NCBI GenBank assembly: GCA_965215125.1
Contig: OZ244052.1
Span: 192,001-256,000, forward strand
DNA: 64,000 bases
Reading direction: 5' to 3'
Source: an uncultured candidatus Porisulfidus sp.
Lineage (GTDB): Bacteria > Pseudomonadota > Gammaproteobacteria > Poriferisulfidales > Oxydemutatoraceae
The notes beneath the pieces were generated by a model. It ran no database searches and was not told where the DNA came from. It was given only the letters and a program-made list of their open reading frames with translations. A program made the position numbers and the translations under genes. Shown here piece by piece: positions 39,702-48,704 of the stretch. Position 1 is the stretch's first letter. Every line of letters begins with the position of its first letter.

Positions 39702-39914
39702 TTATGCTAATAAAATCTTAAATAAAGCTAGATTTCCAAGCTCGCATTCCAATATGGGTTGGTTATTCTCGTTCAGTGGCAATTTAGACAAAATCCTATG
39801 TTGTTGCCTAAATTGAAGTCTTGCAACTAAAAAACCAGCCTCATAATGCGCCTTTAAGCGACGATCTCTAGTCGAGATGACCTCTACTAGCTGCTGATTT
39901 TTAGCTCGTTTCAT
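39702..39914 (-). CDS. Possible 70-aa passenger ORF within the IS
   Basis: ATG-started ORF between the transposase stop and the IS end. No recognisable motif. Confidence 0.3.
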   Translation of the reverse strand: MKRAKNQQLVEVISTRDRRLKAHYEAGFLVARLQFRQQHRILSKLPLNENNQPILECELGNLALFKILLA

Positions 39915-39935
39915 AACTACTAAACAAGCCTTACG

Positions 39936-40754
39936 CTACGCAACACGTGTGGCGAATGCTACCGGGGTCATATAATCTAATGAGCTATGCGGGCGTTCAT
40001 GGTTATAGTGGTATCGCCACTGTTCAATAATATGACGCACTTCCTGAAGGCTGCGGAACCAGTGCTGGTTAAGGCAATTGTCTCTAAACTTACCGTTCAG
40101 GCTTTCCACCAAAGCATTCTGGGTCGGTTTACCCGGTTGAATAAAGTATAGTTCCACGCCGCTATCTTGCGACCAGACCTGCATCTTTTTACTAGTGAAC
40201 TCCGGCCCGTTGTCGCAGACGATGCTTTGCGGACAACCTCGCTCGGCGATGAGTTGCTCTAAACATCTCACCACTTGCCCACTGCTAATCGAAAAACCAG
40301 CGAATTGACCGATCAGTTCGCGACTGTAATCGTCCATCACATTGAATATCCTAAACGACCTGCCGTCGCTTAACCGATCATGCACAAAGTCCATTGACCA
40401 GCGACAATTCACCTGTTCAGGCAATGCCTGCCGTTGCCTCGTGCGGATGAGCTTCTTGCGCAGTCTTTTGGGTACTTGCAGTCTCGCTTCTTTGTAGATG
40501 CGGTGAACCCGTTTTTTATTCACTACAAAGCCTGCCTCTCGTAGCAAACGGTAGAGTAGCAAATAGCCATAGCGTGGATACTTGCTTGCCAACTCGCACA
40601 AGCGACTTCTAATCTCTGCATCACAACGCGGCTGTGTTCGATAGTGATAACTACTACGGCTTATCCCGACCAGCTCGCAACTGCGCCTCTCACTCAAACT
40701 CCAATGGGTATTCAGCTCTGCAACAACGCTTCTTTTGCTTGCCGGGGTCACCAC
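39936..40754 (-). CDS. IS3 OrfB (DDE integrase core)
   Basis: WSMDFVHD, CDNGPEF, PGKPTQNALVESLNGKFR and YNHERPHSSL motifs. Confidence 0.95.
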   Translation of the reverse strand: MVTPASKRSVVAELNTHWSLSERRSCELVGISRSSYHYRTQPRCDAEIRSRLCELASKYPRYGYLLLYRLLREAGFVVNKKRVHRIYKEARLQVPKRLRKKLIRTRQRQALPEQVNCRWSMDFVHDRLSDGRSFRIFNVMDDYSRELIGQFAGFSISSGQVVRCLEQLIAERGCPQSIVCDNGPEFTSKKMQVWSQDSGVELYFIQPGKPTQNALVESLNGKFRDNCLNQHWFRSLQEVRHIIEQWRYHYNHERPHSSLDYMTPVAFATRVA

Positions 40755-41011
40755 TTTTTTGATAGCACATCCTTGAGGGCGGTGATTTCTAATAGTTGCT
40801 CGCCGAGTAGTTTCTTGAGTCGGTTATTCTCCGATACAAGGTTCTTTAATCGCTTGGCATCATTGACTTCTAACCCGGCATATTTGCTACGCCAGTTGTA
40901 AAAGGTGCCATGCGCTATACCGAGTTCTCGGCAAATGTCCTCTGTGCTGCGACCTGCCTCGTGCGATTTGATCGCACCGATAATTTGCTCTTCTGTATAT
41001 CGTTTATTCAT
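40748..41011 (-). CDS. IS3 OrfA (HTH) with -1 frameshift signal A6G at the orfA/orfB overlap
   Basis: KRYTEEQII...CRELGI...TFYNWRSKY...LSKKW, with AAAAAAGTGGTGA at the junction. Confidence 0.93.
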   Translation of the reverse strand: MNKRYTEEQIIGAIKSHEAGRSTEDICRELGIAHGTFYNWRSKYAGLEVNDAKRLKNLVSENNRLKKLLGEQLLEITALKDVLSKKW

Positions 41012-41118
41012 TTTGAAACCTCCTGTTGTTTACTAATTTAACTGGAAATCTCATCTTTGTCATGGCCCAGTTTTGGGGGGTAAGGTCAAAACCCCGACAA
41101 GACCAACCGTAAGCCTAA

Positions 41119-43168
41119 GATTATACCATTGAATTAGGGGGTATCAGGACAACTAGTGTTGCTGAACTAATGCTTGCTTGAGAGATTATACCATTGAATT
41201 AGGGGGTATCAGGACAACTTGCGGATAAAATTGTCTTCACAACTTGAAGATTATACCATTGAATTAGGGGGTATCAGGACAACTCGACCTCAATCGTAAC
41301 ATCAACACCATGCGATTATACCATTGAATTAGGGGGTATCAGGACAACTTCCAATATCGTACCTTGCGCTGCAGCTGCGATTATACCATTGAATTAGGGG
41401 GTATCAGGACAACTTGCTTCAATATAGCTATATAAGCATATGCGATTATACCATTGAATTAGGGGGTATCAGGACAACGAACAGCACCGACCGCCGGTCT
41501 AAATCTAGGATTATACCATTGAATTAGGGGGTATCAGGACAACGTGCATTGTGATGACCTTGTGAAAAAAAAGGATTATACCATTGAATTAGGGGGTATC
41601 AGGACAACTATTCTTTATCGTAGTTAGGCGGATATAATGATTATACCATTGAATTAGGGGGTATCAGGACAACTACAGTACAGTTGGCTGTATTAAATGA
41701 TTGGGATTATACCATTGAATTAGGGGGTATCAGGACAACTTTCGTGCCTATAAAGTGATATGGAATGAGGATTATACCATTGAATTAGGGGGTATCAGGA
41801 CAACGTAGGCGCCGTGCTTATTGGACGCGTTCCAGATTATACCATTGAATTAGGGGGTATCAGGACAACGTTTGGAAGTATGGTTTTGTTTATTTTAAGG
41901 ATTATACCATTGAATTAGGGGGTATCAGGACAACATATGGGTCCACTCGCCCCTTGCACATTCCGATTATACCATTGAATTAGGGGGTATCAGGACAACG
42001 GCGATAGTCTTTACTCTATTTTCGGTGCAGATTATACCATTGAATTAGGGGGTATCAGGACAACAATGGGACCGCCTGCAGATAAAGACGGTATGATTAT
42101 ACCATTGAATTAGGGGGTATCAGGACAACAATCTAAAATTATTTCCAATGTTTCACATGGATTATACCATTGAATTAGGGGGTATCAGGACAACTAATAA
42201 CGTCTCGATTCGTGATGTATATGCGATTATACCATTGAATTAGGGGGTATCAGGACAACAAACGGCTCCATGTCCCATAAAATTATAAGGATTATACCAT
42301 TGAATTAGGGGGTATCAGGACAACCAAGTTACGGTTACTAATCTATCTCAACATGATTATACCATTGAATTAGGGGGTATCAGGACAACGCGTGGGTCAT
42401 TATATATCTAAGGAGATTAGATTATACCATTGAATTAGGGGGTATCAGGACAACATGACCCCTATTCCGCCTTCCGCTGTTGCTGATTATACCATTGAAT
42501 TAGGGGGTATCAGGACAACTGCGGGCGCAAAGCCAGTATTTTAGACTCCGATTATACCATTGAATTAGGGGGTATCAGGACAACTAATAACGTCTCGATT
42601 CGTGATGTATATGCGATTATACCATTGAATTAGGGGGTATCAGGACAACTCGGCGGTACTGATCTCGGTTCATCGGTTTAGATTATACCATTGAATTAGG
42701 GGGTATCAGGACAACTTTCACTAATAAGCGTAATTTCAACGAGTTGATTATACCATTGAATTAGGGGGTATCAGGACAACGTTATCGGCGAGATATTCAT
42801 AACATTCGTCGATTATACCATTGAATTAGGGGGTATCAGGACAACATAACAATTATACATGGCGTTACAAGCAAAAGATTATACCATTGAATTAGGGGGT
42901 ATCAGGACAACTCGTCGACGACGGCAATTACATCAAGAGAAGATTATACCATTGAATTAGGGGGTATCAGGACAACTTCGTCTTATACCGCCACTTATAC
43001 CCGTTAGATTATACCATTGAATTAGGGGGTATCAGGACAACATCTATCGTAACATTTTCATGAATAGTGTCGATTATACCATTGAATTAGGGGGTATCAG
43101 GACAACTTGTTTCTCTTTCTGCATAAGCGCAAAAAATGATTATACCATTGAATTAGGGGGTATCAGGA
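41119..43168 (-). CRISPR. CRISPR array part 2 (repeats 15-46, last repeat truncated by an IS)
   Basis: Same 35-nt repeat with 30-31-nt spacers. The final repeat stops at ...TATCAGGA, where the IS begins. Confidence 0.98.
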
Positions 43169-44399
43169 TGACGTTCTCCCCAAATTTAGTACCAATGTTA
43201 AAGTCAGTTTTTCCGATAAACTAGAGAAGTTAAAAACATTACAGGAGAACCTAACATGAAGAGAACCGCCGATTGAACCAGTGGGTCAATCGGCGTGACA
43301 CTGTGCAGAAACTTAATGTGGTCAAACGAAGCCGGCATGAAAGTAGTAGATATCTGTCGTGATCTAGGCATCGCCGAGAAAACATTTTATCGCTGGCGCA
43401 GAAAGTATAATGGCATGGAAGTATCGGAAGCCAGACGCCTGAAAGAGCCTGAAGCCGAGAACGGCAAGCTCAAGAAGCTATTGGCTGAATCGGTGATGAA
43501 GTGTGAAACACTAGAGGAGGTTTTATCAAAAAAGTGGTAAAGCCGGCGCAGCGCAAGCAGATTGTCAAAGATCTAGTGGGTGCGGGTCGGCATAGTGAAC
43601 GCACCGCTTGCGAGTTGATTGGTGTCAGTCGCAGTGCTTATCGCTATCAAGGCAAGCCAGCCGATAAAGATTGCCAACTGGAAGCCGCATTATCGGAGAA
43701 GGCAAAGCAGTATCCGCATTATGGCTATAAGATGCTGCATGCTCTACTAAAGTGCGAAGGCCGGGTCGTCAATGTGAAGCGCACCTATAGACTTTATAAG
43801 AAGCTCGGGCTTGGATTGAGAACCAAGAAGCACAACAAGCTGTGTCGTCCGCGTTGCGTGCCGACAACACCGACTAGAGTGAATGAGTGCTGGTCAATGG
43901 ACTTTGTGCATGACCAGCTCAGCGACGGCAGACGCTTTCGGGTATTGAACATAGTAGATAACTTCAGCCGTGAATGTGTCGGGCAGATTGTTGATGTTTC
44001 AATTACCGGCCAACGCGTAGCAAACTATCTATCCGAATTGATAGAACGGCTTGGTGCAAAGCCGACACGCATCGTCTGCGGCAATGGCACCGAGTTTAGA
44101 TGCAAGGCCATGTTCCACTGGAGCCGAGACCAGCAGGTGGAATTGGATTTTATTCAGCCCGGCAAACCGACCCAGAATACCTTTGTAGAAAGTTTCAACG
44201 GTAAGTTCCGAGACGGTTGCCTGAACCAGTTCTGGTTTCGTTGAATAAAATAAGCAAGAGAGACTATAGAAGCCTGGCGCATAGATTATAATGAAGTCCG
44301 TCCGCACAGCGCATTGGGGTATCAACCCCCGAGTGTATTTGCGGAGGCAATAGCATGAAAACTGACATTGCAAGTGGTCCTAAAAATGGGGTAACGTCA
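43169..44399 (+). mobile_element. Degenerate IS3-family element
   Basis: TGACGTT...AACGTCA termini with no target duplication. Confidence 0.9.
43256..44358 (+). pseudogene. Inactivated IS3 transposase (orfA/orfB)
   Basis: orfA ATG 43256 hits an in-frame TGA within a family A element. orfB has CGNG instead of catalytic CDNG and a stop at 44242-44244, with the RPHSALGY remnant continuing in frame to 44358. Confidence 0.88.
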
Positions 44400-44522
44400 T
44401 CAACAGCCCCACGACGCCACCCCGTCAGGCTACGCCTGCCACCCCTCCAAAGGAGGGAAATTAAATAGTGAAGGTTCGGCACAATGTCACGCCGATTGAC
44501 CTACCGGCTCAATCGGCGGTTC
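44400..44522. repeat. Family B element followed by family A hairpin
   Basis: CAACAGCCCCACGACG-CCACCCCGTCAGGC...CCCCTCCAAAGGAGGG, then AGGTTC...GCCGATTGA...TCAATCGGCGGTTC. Confidence 0.75.
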
Positions 44523-45215
44523 ATTCATCTGTAATAAATAAAAGAATACCGAAACGGCACCGGCGGCAAAAATCATACTCATAATGACGATTTGATAGCG
44601 GACTGCTATCAACGGAGAAACACCGGCAAGTATTTGCCCGGTCATCATTCCCGGCAAAGAGACTAAACCTACCGCAAAAAATAAATTGAGCGACGGTATC
44701 AGCGAGGTTTGCAGTGCGGTTTTACGCGCATCGACATAACCGACATTGTTTTTTATCTCAGTATCAAATCGTTCGGCGGCAAGGCTTACCGAATTCATTG
44801 CATTCGCATAAATCATACCGGCTAGCGGAATTAAATATTGCGGTGTCAACCAACGATCAAGTTCCAAAACAAATTCCAGCGTAAAAAATAAAATCAAGGT
44901 GCCGCTCAGTGCGATTGCCGATAAAGATTTAAGATACAGTCGGAAGTTTTTGTGCGCCAAAGGACGCAGAGAAATCCACGCCGACACCAGTATCATCACA
45001 CACAATACTACGATGAGAATAATGTCGTGCTCGGCGGCGAACAGATAATTCAATAGATAACCGACCAACATCAGTTGGAAAAGCATCCTGCCGAACGCGT
45101 ATAAAGTCGTGCGTATTCCTATAGACCACCAATAGAATATAATCACGCTGACCAGCATCGGAATAAAACTCAACGCCAAATTGAATAACGAGATATTAGG
45201 AATCGTATTGCTCAT
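44487..45215 (-). CDS. UPF0014 / FetB(YbbM)-like ABC permease
   Basis: RM..QL.LVGY.L, IPLAGMI..NAM, and VGLVSLPGMMTGQILAG..PLIAVRYQI motifs. Confidence 0.88.
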   Translation of the reverse strand: MSNTIPNISLFNLALSFIPMLVSVIIFYWWSIGIRTTLYAFGRMLFQLMLVGYLLNYLFAAEHDIILIVVLCVMILVSAWISLRPLAHKNFRLYLKSLSAIALSGTLILFFTLEFVLELDRWLTPQYLIPLAGMIYANAMNSVSLAAERFDTEIKNNVGYVDARKTALQTSLIPSLNLFFAVGLVSLPGMMTGQILAGVSPLIAVRYQIVIMSMIFAAGAVSVFFYLLQMNEPPIEPVGQSA

Positions 45216-45251
45216 GATAAGCTCCTTTTGAATTAATGAAATTTTGGATAT

Positions 45252-46127
45252 TTATCGTGCGACTAGATCGCCGATCCATCGCCAGTAGTTTTCGCCGGCG
45301 CGGCGACTGATGCCGTGGTGCCCGACACCGTGTACCGTCCGAAATACTTTGTCGTCTATCGGATATTGTCGGTATAAATCGTATCCGTGTTCGAATGGAA
45401 TGATGTTATCCTCGGTACCGTGTATAACAAGCAACGGCATAGTCAAATTACGAACTTTAGATGCCGAGTCAAAAGGATTGTTCAACCCCGGAACCCAACC
45501 CAAGCCTTTGTCTTCCGCCATTCTTAAGCCACTATAAAACGGGGAAACTAAAATCAAGCCGCCGTAATCATTATCGGATACCAAGCTGTCCAAAGCCCCT
45601 ATAGCCACCGCACTCCCCAAGGATCGCCCGAAGATATAAGTCTGCGTAGTCGCAAAACCCAACTGTTCGGATGTGTATTTTAATGTAGCAATCGCATCTT
45701 CATAAACACCCGCCTCGGAAGGTTCTCCGCTACTTTTACTATAGCCTCTATAACTCACGATAAAAACATTGGCAAGTTCGGCTAATTTTAAGCTGTGCGA
45801 CAAACGCCAATAAATATGCGCGCCGTTGCCGTGGAAATAGACGATGAGTTTCCGTGTATTAGGATTAGGAAAAAATAATGCGTGCAATCTGACCTCGGGG
45901 TCGAGTGACTGAAAAAATAATTCCTCAAATTCGGTATCCTCACAATTTCGGTCTGCGACCCGATTAAAATATCGGCACACCGATACGTCGTCCGCTAGCT
46001 GCCTCGCCGGCGCAAATGCAATCGCCTCAAAAATGCTATCTCCACAACCCGATAACGGTAATACGGACAACATAAAAAGAGAAACGAGTATTATCTTGGA
46101 TACTATTGCCTTTACTTGAATTTGCAT
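45252..46127 (-). CDS. Alpha/beta hydrolase (ABHD13/BEM46-like), probable lipoprotein
   Basis: FHGNG, YRGY..S.G.PSE.G, GRSLG and IHGTEDNIIP motifs, LSGC lipobox. Confidence 0.88.
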   Translation of the reverse strand: MQIQVKAIVSKIILVSLFMLSVLPLSGCGDSIFEAIAFAPARQLADDVSVCRYFNRVADRNCEDTEFEELFFQSLDPEVRLHALFFPNPNTRKLIVYFHGNGAHIYWRLSHSLKLAELANVFIVSYRGYSKSSGEPSEAGVYEDAIATLKYTSEQLGFATTQTYIFGRSLGSAVAIGALDSLVSDNDYGGLILVSPFYSGLRMAEDKGLGWVPGLNNPFDSASKVRNLTMPLLVIHGTEDNIIPFEHGYDLYRQYPIDDKVFRTVHGVGHHGISRRAGENYWRWIGDLVAR

Positions 46128-46287
46128 ATTTTCAATATTCCTTCGGGCATATTATAGCCTGTTGCCGGTTCTAGCAGAGCACGCGACATCTTATATGTTC
46201 ATCTATTTAATTTATGGAAACCAAAACCATGTGGCGCAAGCGGTTAGTTTGTGCAGATACGACGCAACTGACCTACACAACCACGCC

Positions 46288-46339
46288 AGGACTCTGCACA
46301 ACGTGAGGTTGATTGACCTACCGGCTCAATCGGCGGTTC
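46288..46339 (+). repeat. Family A hairpin element (degenerate left arm)
   Basis: GATTGACCTACCGGCTCAATCGGCGGTTC. Confidence 0.7.
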
Positions 46340-46414
46340 CCCTTGTGTTTTTCCTTTATTATTGATATGCTTTATATCAAATTTTTGATAAACCTAAAGA
46401 CAAAAGAAAATCTT

Positions 46415-46720
46415 ATGAAATTATTTATTAGTACATTACTATTAGCACTTACGATAGCCTTGTCCGCTTGTGTCAGCGAAGAGGGTGCTCGCAAACACGC
46501 TGCAAAAGGACATGCAGATGACTCAAAAGTCGGCATGATGTCGGGAATGATGTGGAAAGCATTTGTCTACAACACAAATGCAAAAGAACAGATGGAGTTG
46601 GGGCATTTTGAGTCGCGTGACGAATGCCACGAAGCAGTGCAAGCACATATGGCCGGACACGAGCAACCTAAGAAAGGACATCTTGCCTCGGCTTGCGTAG
46701 TCGTAAAGGCCGATAACTAA
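46415..46720 (+). CDS. Small His/Met-rich lipoprotein
   Basis: MKLFISTLLLALTIALSA-C lipobox, GMMSGMMW, several His and a Cys pair. Confidence 0.7.
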   Translation: MKLFISTLLLALTIALSACVSEEGARKHAAKGHADDSKVGMMSGMMWKAFVYNTNAKEQMELGHFESRDECHEAVQAHMAGHEQPKKGHLASACVVVKADN

Positions 46721-46755
46721 AAGTTTTAGCTATTTTATAACTTGACACAAGCGAG

Positions 46756-47637
46756 TTACGCTTTGTGTGCTTGCTCGCTTACGATCTTAGCCATTGCCGA
46801 CGAATCAAGATCGGCATCGCCGCGTTCTACCAACGACCGCAGACAAGCGTACGCCCGTTTGAGGCCTTCTAAATCTATGCCTTTGCCGTCTACCGATTGG
46901 CAAGCAATTCTCAAGTCTTTGCAGTGCAAGCCTGCCTTAAACCCCGGTTTATAATCGTCGGAAAGCATACGCTGACCATGCACCTCAAGTATTTTGCTGT
47001 TCGCAAAACCACCCAGCAATGCTTTGCGTACTTGTCCCGCATCGACGCCTGCCGCTTTAGCAAACTCTATCGCCTCGGCGGTTGCCATAATGGTTTGTGC
47101 CACTAATAACTGGTTGCACGCTTTGGCAACTTGCCCTGCCCCGTGTTCACCGATACGGACGATATTGTCTCCGATGATTTGAAACACCGGTAAAACCCGA
47201 TTGAATATTGCTTCCTTACCACCAACCATGATCGACAACTTACCTTCTATCGCACCCTGCTCCCCACCCGAGACAGGCGCATCCAACATCTCAATGCCTC
47301 GCGTCGAGAGTACACTCGCAATCTCCCGCGTAACTTCGGGAGAGATAGTACTCATATCAACTATGACATCGCCGCGTGCCGCGCCGTCGGCAAAACCATG
47401 CTTGCCTAATATCACTTGTTCTACATCGGGTGTGTCCGACACCATAGAAAAACAAAGGCTTGCCTCCATAGCCGCACTCGCCGGTGTATCGCATAAAATA
47501 GCACCTTGTTCTATTAAAGGTTTGGCAACTTCAGGGCGGCGTGCGAAAATGGACACCGGATATCCGGCGGACAGCAATCTCCGGACTAGAGGCCGTCCCA
47601 TAATGCCGATACCGACAAAAGCAATTTTTTCGGACAT
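46756..47637 (-). CDS. NAD(P)-dependent beta-hydroxyacid dehydrogenase (2-hydroxy-3-oxopropionate reductase-like)
   Basis: IAFVGIGIMG, DAPVSGGEQGA and GAGQVAKACNQ motifs. Confidence 0.92.
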   Translation of the reverse strand: MSEKIAFVGIGIMGRPLVRRLLSAGYPVSIFARRPEVAKPLIEQGAILCDTPASAAMEASLCFSMVSDTPDVEQVILGKHGFADGAARGDVIVDMSTISPEVTREIASVLSTRGIEMLDAPVSGGEQGAIEGKLSIMVGGKEAIFNRVLPVFQIIGDNIVRIGEHGAGQVAKACNQLLVAQTIMATAEAIEFAKAAGVDAGQVRKALLGGFANSKILEVHGQRMLSDDYKPGFKAGLHCKDLRIACQSVDGKGIDLEGLKRAYACLRSLVERGDADLDSSAMAKIVSEQAHKA

Positions 47638-47671
47638 TTCTTAAATATGCAAATCTTTTATTGATTGTAAG

Positions 47672-48697
47672 ATGAAAACTTATTTTAACCAATTAGGCGG
47701 ATTATTAGAAAAAAAATTAGATTGTTTTTATCTAATATCCGGCGAAGAACCACTGCAACTGATGGAAGCCGGCGATCTCATCAGGTCGGTAGCAAAAAAA
47801 CAGGCCTATGAACAACGGCATCTATTTTTCGTAGACAGCGGTTTTGATTGGCAAAGTGTGGCACAACAAGCCGACAATCTCTCGTTGTTTTCACAACGGC
47901 GTATTATAGACATTCGCCTCGGTGCTACTAAATTGACCGGCAAAGGAAACGATTTTTTCAAGCGTGTGCTTGAAGCACCCCCGTCGGATGTGCTGTTTAT
48001 AGTGCAGGCATCCAAAGTAGACGGGCGTTCGGCTTGGGTAAAGCGGGTTAGCGAAAAAGCCGTGTGGATACAAGTCTATTCAAAGAACTATAGCGAAACT
48101 AAAAGCTGGTTGATAGAGAGGATGCTACGCAATAATCTCAATGCCGAAGACGGTGTCGTCGAGATTATTGCGCAACGCTCGGAAGGCAATTTGCTATCGG
48201 CAGCTCAAGAAATAGAAAAGCTGAAGCTGAATTACGAAAACAAAACGATTAGTCTGCAACAAGCCGAACAAGTCATCGGCGACAGCGCGCACTACAGTGT
48301 CTACGAACTTGCCGATGCCGCAGTATGCGGCGATGCCGAACGCGCATTGAGAATTCTCAATAGTCTACAAAGCGAAGCGGCACCCGAGCAGTTAATTTTG
48401 TGGTCGCTGGCAAATAATATACGCACCTTGATTAAAATGGAATATCGTATCGCTACGGGTGAATCTCCGCCGGTGGTAATCAATACCGTATGGAAAAGCA
48501 AGCAAGCAACATTCCGCAAGGCACTGCAAAGGAAATTAAGCAGCCGCTGGTTGGAGATGCTATACGCCTGCTACGATACAGATCTGGCGATTAAAGGACA
48601 ATCTTTGGAAGATAGTCGGCAACAATTACATCGCTTGGTGTTGACTATTTGTGGGGTACCCGTATTGGAGGAAAAACCAAATAGCCGTATACTATGA
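47672..48697 (+). CDS. holA: DNA polymerase III delta subunit
   Basis: [16 protein letters not shown] and [14 protein letters not shown] motifs. Confidence 0.92.
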   Translation: MKTYFNQLGGLLEKKLDCFYLISGEEPLQLMEAGDLIRSVAKKQAYEQRHLFFVDSGFDWQSVAQQADNLSLFSQRRIIDIRLGATKLTGKGNDFFKRVLEAPPSDVLFIVQASKVDGRSAWVKRVSEKAVWIQVYSKNYSETKSWLIERMLRNNLNAEDGVVEIIAQRSEGNLLSAAQEIEKLKLNYENKTISLQQAEQVIGDSAHYSVYELADAAVCGDAERALRILNSLQSEAAPEQLILWSLANNIRTLIKMEYRIATGESPPVVINTVWKSKQATFRKALQRKLSSRWLEMLYACYDTDLAIKGQSLEDSRQQLHRLVLTICGVPVLEEKPNSRIL

Positions 48698-48704
48698 GGG
48701 TGTT

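Larger units (their letters stand above)
39637..41088 (-). mobile_element. IS3-family (IS407-like) insertion sequence inside CRISPR spacer 14
   Basis: TGACCTT...AAGGTCA imperfect terminal IRs, 4-bp target duplication AAAC (39633-39636 and 41089-41092), orfA/orfB. Confidence 0.95.

Noticed and set aside
38788-43137. Self-targeting spacers within this window
   Set aside because: No match noticed by eye. An exhaustive search was not possible, so none is claimed.
44401-44404. CAAC after the second IS as the remainder of the interrupted CRISPR repeat
   Set aside because: There is no target duplication, and the CAACAGCCCC context matches the family B repeat seen near 32900 and 33325.
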